Assembly (NCBI GenBank): GCA_964252035.1
Contig: OZ176215.1
Strand: one strand, 5' to 3'
Length of the DNA: 64,000 nt
Source: Podarcis erhardii
Lineage: Eukaryota
Shown: positions 52,606 through 63,896 of the stretch, piece after piece
Layout of the letters: the number at the start of each line of letters is the position of its first letter
Numbering within the stretch: position 1 is the stretch's first letter
Notes under the pieces: model-generated
What the model was told of the DNA's origin: nothing
The model's input: the letters and a program-made list of their open reading frames with translations, nothing else
The model's database searches: none
Program-made: the position numbers and the translations under genes

Positions 52606-52880
52606 AGAATCATAGAGTTGGAAGGATCATGTAGTCCAGCGGTTCTCAACCTGTGGGTCCCCGGGTGTTGTTGGACTACAACTCCCATCATCCCTAGCTA
52701 GCAAGGCCAGAGCTCAGGGATGATGGGAGTTGTAATCCAACAACAACTAGAGACCCACAAGTTGAGAACCGATGAATTCTAGTCCAATCCTCTTCAATGC
52801 AAGAATATGCAGCTGTCCCATATGGGGATCGAACCCACAACCTTGGCATTATCAGCACCATGCTCTAACCAGCTGCACTA
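52606..52880 (-). mobile_element. Second tRNA-Ile/CR1 SINE, carrying a MITE
   Basis: The reverse strand reads GCTGGTTAGAGCATGGTGCTGATAATGCCAAGGTTGTGGGTTCGATCCCCATATGGGACAGCTGCATATTC, then a CR1 tail split by the MITE at 52637-52774. Confidence 0.82.
52637..52774. mobile_element. 138-bp palindromic hAT MITE with SPIN-like terminus
   Basis: Begins CAGCGGTTCTCAACCTGTGGGTC and has the same loop as the 44225 copy. TSD is imperfect (ATGTAGTC / AA-TTCTAGTC). Confidence 0.88.
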
Positions 52881-52890
52881 TCCACTTGGG

Positions 52891-53026
52891 CAGGCATAGG
52901 CAAACTTGGCCCTCCAGATGTTTTGGGACTACAACTCCCATGATCCCTAGCTAACAGGACCAGTGGTCAGGGATGATGGGAATTGTAGTCCCAAAACATC
53001 TGGAGGGCTGAGTTTGCCTATGCCTG
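52891..53026. mobile_element. 136-bp palindromic hAT MITE
   Basis: CAGGCATAGGCAAACT TIR and perfect TSD CACTTGGG. Confidence 0.92.
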
Positions 53027-53624
53027 CACTTGGGGATAAAGAGATCTGCATTTGAAGCCATGTTTCAGCTATCCAAGGTCACTCTAGTATCATAGAATTG
53101 TAAGGTACCACAAGGGTCATCTAGTCCCTGCAATGCAGGCATTGTTTGCCGAACATGGGGCTCAAACTCACGACCCAGTCCTGCTTGAAACGCTGGAGAG
53201 CTGCCGCCAGCCAGTGTAGACAATATTGAGCTAGAGGGACCTCATGGTCTGATTCAGCATAAGGCGGCTTTCTATGTTCCTTTGTAAGGCTTGGTGAGGC
53301 ACCTGCCTCCCGCTCTGAGCTCCGACACCTTAAGATGTGCAGGCTGAGAGTTTCTATGGCAGCCCCTGCGAGCCCTGCCTTTTGCTGGAGCCCAGCAGGT
53401 CTGGATCCAGAGAACATCATAGTGCTTGGTTCCTCCTCCCAGGTAGGGAGAGGCGGCCTCTGCCTGCCAAGGAAGCACAGTGTGTCCATTGCTCCTTTGA
53501 CAGAGGTACAGCATCGCCAGGGGGTCCTATGAGGAACCACTGACATCCCATGACATTACGGTCTCCAGGGGGGCATTAACTTCCACTCCCTGTCCCTTTG
53601 GGGGGCAAATTGTCACTTGCATAC

Positions 53625-54085
53625 AACACCCTGCTTGTGAAATTTGCACTGGCTGCCAATCTGCTGCAGGGCCAAGTTCAAGGGGTTGGTAGTAACACAA
53701 TACAGCTTAGGACCAGGTTACTGGAAGTTCCACCTTTTCCCTTATACACGCAGTGAGTCATTGCCTTCTGCTGGAGAGCTTCTCCTTCAAATCCCCAGAA
53801 TATCGGAAGCCCATTCCCCAGTGACTTGGAGCAGGGCTTTTAGTGTGGCTGCCCCTGTTCTGGGTAAGAGCATCCCTGCTGAGATACGACAGGCGCCCAC
53901 AACCTGCACTTTCCAGAAACAATTGAAAATGTTTTTGTTCCAACAAGCTTTCAAAGCTGGATGGCGATGGTCTCTGCCAAGGGTTTCTACTTTGCCTGCT
54001 GTTTACCTGCTGTTATTTTCTGTGTTTTTAACTTATTTTGTACATTGCTTTGAGAATGTGTGGCAGGTGATTAAATAATAAAGAA
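53625..54085 (+). mobile_element. Older L2 3' fragment
   Basis: Translates to HWLPICCRAKFK..RAFSVAAPVL..FQKQLKMFLF. Similar older pieces lie near 3760-4010, 10440-10700 and 29790-30110. Confidence 0.8.
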
Positions 54086-56520
54086 ATACTTGCATTCTCC
54101 ATCCCTTTCTAGAGATGTGAAGGCCCTGAATTTTTATTTTTTTTGGGGGGGGGGATGTTTTTCTCCATCCTCCCCACCAAAAAGCATTTTGTTTGCTTTT
54201 TCCTGAAAAACTGGGGGATGGGGGGATGGATGGTAAAATATTTTCTTTTAGAATGATGAACAAAACCTTTAAGATGAGGTGTTTGTATATTTAGTCCCCC
54301 AAAATGATTTCTAAAATTGTTTTAACGGGAAGACTTTCATGTAATTCATGTGCACTGAGGTCATGCAAGCTTGTAGCTGAGGATTCAGCTCCCAAATGCA
54401 AGCTGCATTTCTGCCTCTTGACCATTGTCGCAAGGGGAGCAAGAAGGACCCAGTGCCTTCTCTGCTTTTGGCCTTCCTCTTGTAAACATGGTTGGTGGAT
54501 CTCTTTCTGCCCTCTTGACTAGGCCTCAAATGTCTGAGGGTGGCAGAAAGGCACAGAGCAACACAATTGTGTTGCCATCCAATTCACGCTGTTGCAGATT
54601 CTGTTGGGCCCAAGATTCAAAGGCAAGGATTGTCCGTGATGATAGCACTGACCCAATAACAAAACAAGCAGCACACTTTGGGCTTGATGTTGGACAGATA
54701 CATTCCAGTGTTGCAGAGAGCAGAATATCTTCAGGCTGATGAAGGCAGTCTGGGATTCAGCCAAACATATCCCTCTTGCAACATGAGGGCAAAGCCTTTC
54801 CACAACAACACAGCCTCTGTCTCCTTTTGCTTCTTACCTACTTCAGATTCCTCCATCTTTTGCGTCATGTTGAAAGAAACTGGTCCAAGTTTGGAAATAT
54901 AACAAATCAAGTAAATTATAATTTACTCGCCCTTCACCCTAATGTTCCAGAGCTGGTTACAACTATTAAAACACAACGATGAAAAAGTTGAAAACAAACG
55001 TACAATCGCAGGAATAAATAAGCTGGCATGCGAAAGGATAGAAGCTTGTTTCAGTCTGGGCAAACCTTCAGTTTTGAGAAGTCCATGGAGAATGTGATGG
55101 TGACAAATATGAAGTAACTGAAACAGAGAGTGAGTGATAGCTAAGAGAAAGAGACTGAATAAATTTCCTGTAGAGTTCACAGAATTTTGTTCCCTCTCCT
55201 CTCTTTTTTCCAGCTCTATTTATTTATTTACTTATTTGTTAACTTTCCATACTACCCTTCATCCGAGAACCACAGGGTGGTTTACAATATAATAACACAA
55301 AAATACATATCATAGTACCAAACAAAACAATAGCCCCCAGTTTAAAACACCATAAATTGTGGGGAAACGAGAGTGCTTTATGTCTACTTGACACTGTGGA
55401 GGACTTGAAGGAAACAATAATTCTCAGAATATTCAATAGTTTGTTTTACTAGAATGTGAGAATGTGGACAGATTCTGCTTTTACTGTTTTTTTGCTGGCT
55501 CCTCATAAACTGGCAAAACCAAAGAGATGCCAAAGAAGTTCCTTTGTGGTACAGCAGCTTGTTGCTCCATTTACAACAAAAACTTACAAATTCAGTTTGT
55601 AATTATTGTCTGTAGAAACTGTATAGTACTTTTGATAAACCAAACACGATACTTATTTGGTAAACCAAATTATGCACAATATGGTTTATGTGAACGAAGT
55701 GACTGTTGATATTTAGAGAATGCTAGAAAATGGTACTGAATATTATTATGTATTGTTTTTTAATTCCCCAAATCCCAGGCGTCCCCCCCTGAAAACGCCG
55801 GGTGGGGAAACAACAGTCCTTCCCCTCTCCCCATGGCTTCAAACATTTGGGAGATTTTAAATCTCTATCCCTTTGGTTACATATATTATAAATAATTATA
55901 ATAACTATTGTAGCTTGTTGTTTGTAGAAGGGGGGAGGGCGAAGCCAACTTGCAGTACCAGATGCCACTACAGCTTACCTGAGTGGGGCAGGGCAGTGGC
56001 ACATTTGGGGTGGTGTCGGGGGCCTGGCAGAGCCAATCTGGTGCCCCTGCCTCGCTGCCTCAGCTTCACCCAGGTAAGCCGGTAGTGCCAGTGTTGAGAG
56101 GGCGGCTCTGTGGCTCCACTACACAGGCCGCTCTGAGATTGTCACCGGCCACCCCAATCTCTGCCGAGCAGTGTGCCAAGATTCCAGGGGTTTGTGTTCC
56201 TTTAGGGTTACCAGCTGCCCTGTATAATACAAGATTGCCCCGTATTTCAATATAAAACGCTATGTCCCATATTGATAACAGTTTTGTCCTCTTATTTCAG
56301 ATCTTTTTCTCTTTCTCTTTCTCTGCCAAGTTAGGGATCCTGTCCAAATGCATGTGTGTGAAAGGGCATGTATTTAAGCTCTGGGTAGCCAAGCACAGAC
56401 AGATTTGCAAACTCTTGTGTATGTCTGCATGCACATGCATGTGTGACAAATTCCAGAGGGGCCATCCTGTCAGGCTGCAGTAGATTGTAATGGATTGCTT
56501 TGAAGTCACTTCAGTACCGG

Positions 56521-56563
<43 letters not shown>

Positions 56564-58132
56564 TTGTCCACCAACCGCCCAGCCCCATCCTGTATTTTGC
56601 CAGTGCCAAGGTGGCAACCCTAGGCATAGTGGAGTCTGTGGTTTATTTGCACATATTTACACCTGAGTTTTGGTGGAGGGATTGCAGAATATTACAGCCC
56701 AGGAGCATCTCTTGTTGGTCTCCTGATAGCTTCAGCAAACTTGGGTCCAGAGCAGAAGCCAGCCATGTTCCCTGGTCTCTGTGTGCAGCCTCTCCCAGCC
56801 AGCCCAGCCTCTCCCTGCCCCCATTTTCAAACCTCTCTTTAAAAACACCACAGCTTTCCTTCGGTTTACATCACCACCCACTGTCCACTTGGAACTCCCC
56901 GCTCCCAGCTTACACTGAAATCCTATACCTCGTCTTTGTCTCTGTTCACCATCCCCTCATGGGAGGAAGGGCTCACACTCCTCTGTTGCCTGGCACAGGG
57001 TAACTGCCCGTGTCGGTCGACCATTCCCTTCCTTTGAACTACATTATGGTTCTTCTTCCCAGGCGATTCCTGCCCAGGAAACTGATTCAGCCTGCATTTT
57101 TACACTGCTGAGCTGTCTCACACCCAGGTGAAGCCTTTCAGGCATTTAGTAATTGCCTACATTCACTAACTCTAGAAATTATTGGGTGGCGGCGGGGGGG
57201 AAGGAACCTGGTACCCAGTACTTTAAGGGATGCCTGCACGCATCCCAGATCATATCACTATTTATAGCTGGCCAGCATTGAGCCAGCATTTTCTATAGCT
57301 ACAGTTAGCACAAACTGGTTTGCAACCCTGGTCCTAAACGGGTTTGCAAAGGGTGAGTTGGGCAAACTGTAGTCAGCACGACTTAACAATAACCAGAATT
57401 AGCTCTGAAATGGAGGGCAGGGCGGGGAAGCAAGGTCTCAGGTGGCTCCCCCAGTAGAGCCAGTTTGACCTCTGGGCACATATAAGCATATTGATTGTGT
57501 TTATTTGTATGGCCCCTTTCCAGGGTGCGTGTGCTGTGCCCAAAGTGACTTGTGGCAAGCATTCATATTCTCAAAATACAAAGTGTGTGTGTGAGTGGTG
57601 GTGGTGGTGGTGGGGAGAAGTCACAGAATCATAGAACTGTAGAGTTGGAAGGGACCCTCAAGGATCATCTAGCCCAGACAACCTCCGTTGAAAAGCCTCC
57701 ACTACCTCCTATTCACCACTGAGCGGCTCTTACCACTAGGAAGTTCTTAACTGCTGCCGAAATAATAGAATAAAGAGTTGGGTGTGACCTTGGAGGTCAT
57801 TTGGTTCAGCTGCTTGGTCAATGTAGAGTCTACTGTGCAGGATGTCAGCACAGCATCCCTGACAGGTGGCTGCCTCTTCTTAAATGCTGTTCCTGCTCCT
57901 ACAACTAAGCCATTTGAAACATTTGGAAAGGGGGGGAGGAGTGAGTGTGTGTTTACCTGCAACCATCTTATCCCAGAAGTCTAATTTTGGAACGGATCAT
58001 TCTTCTGTTGCACTCTGGGAGGTTCAGCCGGTCATTGGTGTCCAGGCACGTGTGGGGCTGATGCGCTGTGCCTGGGGTGGGTCGGGGGGCTTCTGGCCTA
58101 TCTTCCCTAATGCTGTGGTTCTGCTTCTCCAG

Positions 58133-58201
58133 TAGGGTCCCTACTGTACTCGGAAGGGGGGGCTGGGAGAGGAGCCAGTGAGGTGCACCAGACATCAAAA
58201 G
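58133..58201 (+). CDS. NRXN2: Neurexin-2 alpha SS1 cassette C, 69-nt exon, (V)GSLLYSEGGAGRGASEVHQTSK, phase 1-1
   Basis: Branch-like CCCTAAT, then CTGCTTCTCCAG|TAGGGTCCC...TCAAAAG|GTCAGT. Clear match to human VGSLLFSEGGAGRGGAGDVHQPTK (recalled), one residue shorter. Confidence 0.96.
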
Positions 58202-58441
58202 GTCAGTGTAAACCCTCCCTTTCCTCCTTTCCCCAACCTCAAAGCCTCTGTGTGCCTGCAGCTGAATTAGGAGTGCAAATTAGGTTAAATGGGTCCTCTT
58301 TGCTTGGCTTACCTTATTTACGTTGCCATAGAGTATGCAGGCTTTTGGCATTAGCATAAGTGGAAGTGACTGGGAAACAGTGGCAATTCTTGTTCCCTTA
58401 AGGCCAATATTGCTAATTGTGGCTTTGCTTCCTAGTAACAT

Positions 58442-58752
58442 GGGCTTGCTGATCAGCCGGTCGGCGGTTCGAATCCCCGTGACGGGGTGAGCTCCCGTTG
58501 TTCGGTCCCTGCTTCTGCCCACCTAGCAGTTCAAAAGCACGTCAAAGTACAAGTAGATAAATAGGTACCACTCCGGTGGGAAGGTAAACGGCGTTTCCAT
58601 GCACTGCTCTGGTTTGCCAGAAGCGGCTTAGTCATGCTGGCCACATGACCTGGAAGCTGTACGCCGGCTCCCTTGGCCAATAAAGTGAGATGAGCGCCGC
58701 AACCCCAGAGTTGGTCACAACGGTACCTAATGGTCAGAGGTCCCTCTACTTA
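58442..58752 (+). mobile_element. 5'-truncated Sauria SINE about 240 nt downstream of cassette C
   Basis: Aligns by eye with the 32750 copy from the B-box onward. Confidence 0.9.
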
Positions 58753-61700
58753 ACATGACTGAAGAGTTTGGTGAAACCCAGAAGCTTGCTTTTGCCCACA
58801 GCCACTTAAGTTGTCCCACATTCAGCAGCTCTGTTGCTGCCTGCCCTTTGGCACCTAGGCATCCACCACTGTCTGCTAAAGCCTTTGCCAATGTGCTGCC
58901 CCTCCAGATGTTTTGGACTACCCATCAGCGACCCATAACACCTGGAGGGGCACCAGGTGGGAGAAAGCTGCAGTGCTGGAGCCATTGAATGTGCTTCATG
59001 ATGATCGGGACTTTTGGTTTCCACATTGCTTGTTTGACGCCACCCAAGTCCCACAGCCCAAGTCGCCCATGAAATGACATTGTGGTGCTGATCCCCTTTA
59101 GCTGGAACTGTGAAATGGTGGGTGGCAATCAGAATGAAAGTAAATCCCACTGTGTGCATTGGAGCCTATTCCAAGGAAATTGCACCCAGGGCTGCAGCCT
59201 TAAGCTTCGGTACTCTTTCCTACAAAAGTCTGGGAGGAGAGAATTTCAAGCACTGAATAATTTGCTATAGGTACCTATTATTAATATTATTATTATTAAA
59301 TCTTATGTAGATTGATGCAGTGCTTTAAAATTTGCCACTGCTAATGTGGCTGGAGAAGGGCCCACTGCTTGAGGGAACTCCTGGGGTTTGCAGAAGTTTT
59401 ACAAAAATATACTTAGTGTGCATTATAACTTAAAATAAAATAAAAAAGCCCAATGACAACTGAGCATGTTCAGTGGTCGTGGCATGCTAACTTAGGGTCC
59501 GTACGTGCTGAGTGATAATGTGCATTCAGTGCTAGAGGCAGGTGCTGTACATGCAATGCCATCCCCATGACTTCCCCACCCCATGCTGTTTGTGACTCTA
59601 AGGCACATTCTGCAAGAGTAGTTATAATCCGCTTTGTGCCACGTATGCCCTTCCTAAAAGCTTGCTGCCTACATGTGTATGCAGAGAGAGAGAGAGAGAT
59701 AGTGCTTCCGCTGGTCACCTCCGATTGGGGCAGACCTACTGGCCTTGCATGGCTGTGCCACTCCCCCTTGCCATGTTTCTAGACAGGCTAAAGGTGGAAG
59801 CAGTAACTCTGTATGCCCTTGTTTATCGGTGTGTTGACACACCAATTTCTAGCCCCTCTCTTCTGAAAAACTAGATATATCGATAGATAGAAAGACAGAT
59901 ACATTAGATAGTATGTGTGTGTGTGTGTATATATAAATATGGTCTGTGGAACCACTAAGTAAGGGGGGGGGGAGCGCACTGTTACACACTAATTTGAATA
60001 ATGTCCACCTATGTGTATGGGCCATTTGGATATAGCTGCTGCTTTAGGTGATGTTATTGGGTGAAGGTGTGTACAATTGCAAACTGCTATCTGCAAAAGT
60101 ACCCTGCGAGGAAAGGACCCTTGTGTGCTTCAAAAGCCTTAATCTGTGTCTCTCTGTGTGCGTGTGTGTCATGGGGTGTCCAGGAAGAGGGAGCAGTTCA
60201 CTGGAGTGGTGAACATTTTGTCTTTTCGCTGTTGGGTTGCTTGATTTCGAAACATTCGCAGGAGCATGAAACTTTGGCTCATGCGTTTCCCCTCTGTGGC
60301 ACAGAATAGCATTTCCCGTGGACAACTTTCTCCCTCCCCCTCGCAGCAGAACAGTGCAACCACAACCCTGCAGACAAGGGACAGTCTCTGTTTGTGTATG
60401 GTGCATCTTTTTACTGGGGCCTCCTCTGGGTGCAGATGGCTACGTGCCTCTAGTGGAACTGTGGACAACTGTGTGTGCCAGGGGAGAGGAGTGGAGGGCT
60501 TGTGGTGGGTGTTAACAAGGTTTGCAGTTGCCTGCAAGTCTGCTGTTCTCACGTGCTGTCCTGGCACCCCTTTTGGGGAGGATCTTTTGATGTTGAGACC
60601 TGGGTGCACTCTATCATTTGGCACCCCAAGGGTTAACAAGGCCCTTGGAGATAGACCCAGAATCAATTTTGTTGTAGCAAAAAAAAAGGGAATCAGCATA
60701 TTTACCAAAGGCGTTAAACGAAATCAATAACCAGCGTGCTAACGATAGGCTATGTTTGAAAGAGCTGTATTGGGTTTTTGAGCTAAATATATTCTCGGAA
60801 GTCTATCTGGGAACACAGAGGAAAACCAGCATATGCAGTGAGACTGGTTCAAGGGTAGAAGAGGAAGAGGTGATGGTATTGGTATTGGTTTGGCTGAAGA
60901 GACAAAGGGGGTGTCAGAGGGAAACTGGATACCAACTAGGGTAACATGTGTCAGACAAAGAAGGCGAGGACAGACTGTGGGGTGGGTTTTAATAGGTAGG
61001 GGAGTATCTATTAATTGCATTTTATCCCTCCCCCAGTGTGTGTGAGCTGTACAGAGTTTTAAACGTCCCTTAGCAGCAAAATTGAAGCATGTAGGAATAG
61101 GCCATGAAGCCTTCTTTTAATTAAGTCCAGCTACGAATTAAACTGGCTTCCCCCATTCTTATCCCGCTTAACGAAGAAATCGGACAACAGACTGGAAATA
61201 TGATTTAAGCTACTCAATAGTCTTGCATTGGTTTCCAGTTTCAGCAGCAGTAAAAACTGTGCAGGTAAAATGCCTCCAGTTTAGCAAGCACAGGGCACAT
61301 CTGCTCTCATGACTGGTCAAGAAGAGGGAGGAGGCCCCATCTCTGAGAAATGCAATTGGAAGACTAGAGGGTGGGCTGGAGGTCTCTCCAAGAAAGACGC
61401 ACCTGATCTGGCCTGGGGCGAATGCAGAGGAAGGACTGACATTTTCAGCGATCATATCTTTGCTGCACCCTTCCAGAAGGAGTCTGGTGCCTTACTTGCT
61501 TACTTTAGAAATGCAAATTTGAAGGGAGTTTGGGCAGAGACAGCAGACCCTGGCTTTTCCAGGAAGTGTTGCAACTCAGCTTCCTTGAGAGCACGCTTCC
61601 CTGTGACCTCTAGGTGCCTCTGGTGTGCTTCTTAACCTGGATATTTGGTGGTCCTGGAAAAAGGCTACCTGGGTTGAGAGCACCCACCTTAATGTTTTGC

Positions 61701-63896
61701 AAGGCAAGGGGAGGGGGGACCAGTTATTCCAGATTAATTTATGTGGCAGTGCGCAGAATCACAAAGAAGGGGGTAGGGCCACAAGAGACAGCACCATTAG
61801 TCCAACTCTCCATAGTTTCAGCCCAGAAGTCTTGCCCAGCCCTAACTGGAGATGTCAGGATTGTGCCCAGGTGCATGCAAAACACTTTATCTGTGATTGA
61901 ACAATAGCTTCCCCTAGAAATAAGGTTCCAGCCCTCATTGTTCTAAATGAAGGGCCTTATACAGAGTCAGACCATTGGTCCTTCTGGCTCAGTTTTACCT
62001 GCTCTCCAGCATTTCAGATGGCCATATTACCAGCCCTGTTTGGAAGTGTGACATTTGGGTGGGTGGGTGGGTGTGGGTGTGGGTGTGTTAGCAGGTGTGA
62101 TCCCTTATATCTGGAGTTAACTGGTAGCACTGAAGTTGTATGAAGTCAAAGAAAGAGAGTTTGCAGCTTCACACCTTCCTCCTTCATGTCTTAGACAGAA
62201 TTAAGTTCCACCGACGTCCACAAATCTTTCCAGTCCTTTGCTGGTCCCTCTTTAACTACAGGGCTGGCAAAGGGCATTTGCAAGGAAGAGCTGGGAGGAG
62301 GGTGGAATTTGCTTAAGTTAAGCCTCCTTCCTTCTTTCCCCCTGAAAGCCTGCCCCCACCCAATCTATGTTGCCTTTTTTTAAAAAGGGGCTTGGGAAGA
62401 TAGATGCCTTTGCTGAGATGGTATGTGGCTCTGTCCTTAGATATATGTAACCAGGCAAAGGTAGGCTCCTGCCCTATGATTGTCTCCGGTCATCAGGTTT
62501 GTCCATGTAGGTGTCTTGGGGCTCTAAGCCTGGCACTTTGTGGGTGTCCATCCCCTTCGCCTCTCCTTCAGAACTGGGGGTGGTGGCGCAAGTCTTGGGC
62601 TCAGTGTCCACCTCTCTGTTATGTGTTTGCACGCTCAGATTGCCGCTTGTACGTTGCAAGAAAAACAGGGCTCGCTCATTAGTATGCATAGGTGCAAATT
62701 TAGGAAAAATTGTTGTGATTTAAATCAGTAGGAGGACCATGATTGTGGGATGCTGATCATGCTAAGCCTTTCATAGTGTCCACATGATGATGTCATTGGC
62801 TTCCCCCCATTTAAGCCAGATGTGCCCTTTTGAAAAATTCCAGTGTGTGGTTTTTTAAAACCACACACACGCCATGTGCCGACCCAGCTGCTGACAGCTC
62901 ATTTTCAGCAACCCATTTGAAATATTCAGCCCCTGTCTGGAAGTGCCAGAAGGTGACCTGTGTGTGCCTGCTGTCCATGCACTGCTAACTCTTGAGGGGC
63001 CCCCCTCCTCCTCCTTTGGACCGTACCCCCATTTCCAGTAGAGGCCAACGCCAAAGGACAGCCATGCGATTGCCCTTCAAAGAGAGGGCTGTCCTCTCTC
63101 TTTACGGCACATGCCTACCCCTGGCCCGCCTCTTTGGCCGAGATATTTTGAGCATGTGTGTGCATCTTGCAGAAGCGGTGTCCGATATTGCGTGGGGGCG
63201 TTTGCATCCGTGCTGAACCACCTTGCCTCTCCCCGCATCTTTGGAGAGGCTGACGCCCGCCAGCCCCGTCTCTCACTCAGGCACACGCCCCCCCAAAAAA
63301 CATGCCAGCTGTGTGAAGCGTGAAAACTCCCAGCCTTAATATTTAATTACAAAGTGAGCAATTAATACACTCCGTCCAGGGAGGGTGGGGGAAGACTCCC
63401 AGGGATCGTTAACATTAATGATGCATTCAATACAAATAAGATGCCATTAATATAGAAAAGGCTGTGATTGATTTTAATCAGGAAAGGGCAGCTTTTATGG
63501 GAGAGCGGGGAACTGTTGGGCAAGGGCAGAAGACCCTGCCACACTTCCTGGGAAAGGCCAAAGAGCTGCCTGGGGGCATCATCCAGCCAACCCTGGGGTG
63601 ACTGGTGTTGCCTGTCCACTGAGCCTGATTCTTATCAGGGGATAGGTGGGTTGGTGTCAGCCGGTTCACATCACAGAGATCAGTTTCTTTCTGGGGGTTT
63701 TAGTTCAGGATGAGGCCAATAGATCTCTGTTGGTCACTTTTCCCTCTGTGTTTTTAAAGTCCTTGGGAGGAATTCAGAGCAGCCCTAAGGAGGCCACTCC
63801 TTCAGCACAGGGTTTCGCATTTTCTGACTCTCCGGAATCTGCATGAACCACCTTCATACCTGGAGGAGTTCACTTCTTAGGCAAGACCTTAGATCA

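Larger units (their letters stand above)
52511..53281 (+). mobile_element. Squam3-like SINE split in two (head 52511-52605, tail 53181-53281) by nested insertions
   Basis: The head ends ..GTAGGACTGGCAGAG and the tail resumes CCTGCTTGAAACGCTGGAGAG..CTATGTTCCT, collinear with the intact copies. Confidence 0.75.

Noticed and set aside
51768-52880. Possible tRNA-Lys and tRNA-Ile genes
   Set aside because: The heads carry deletions and mismatches and are fused to CR1 tails, so they are SINEs rather than functional tRNAs.
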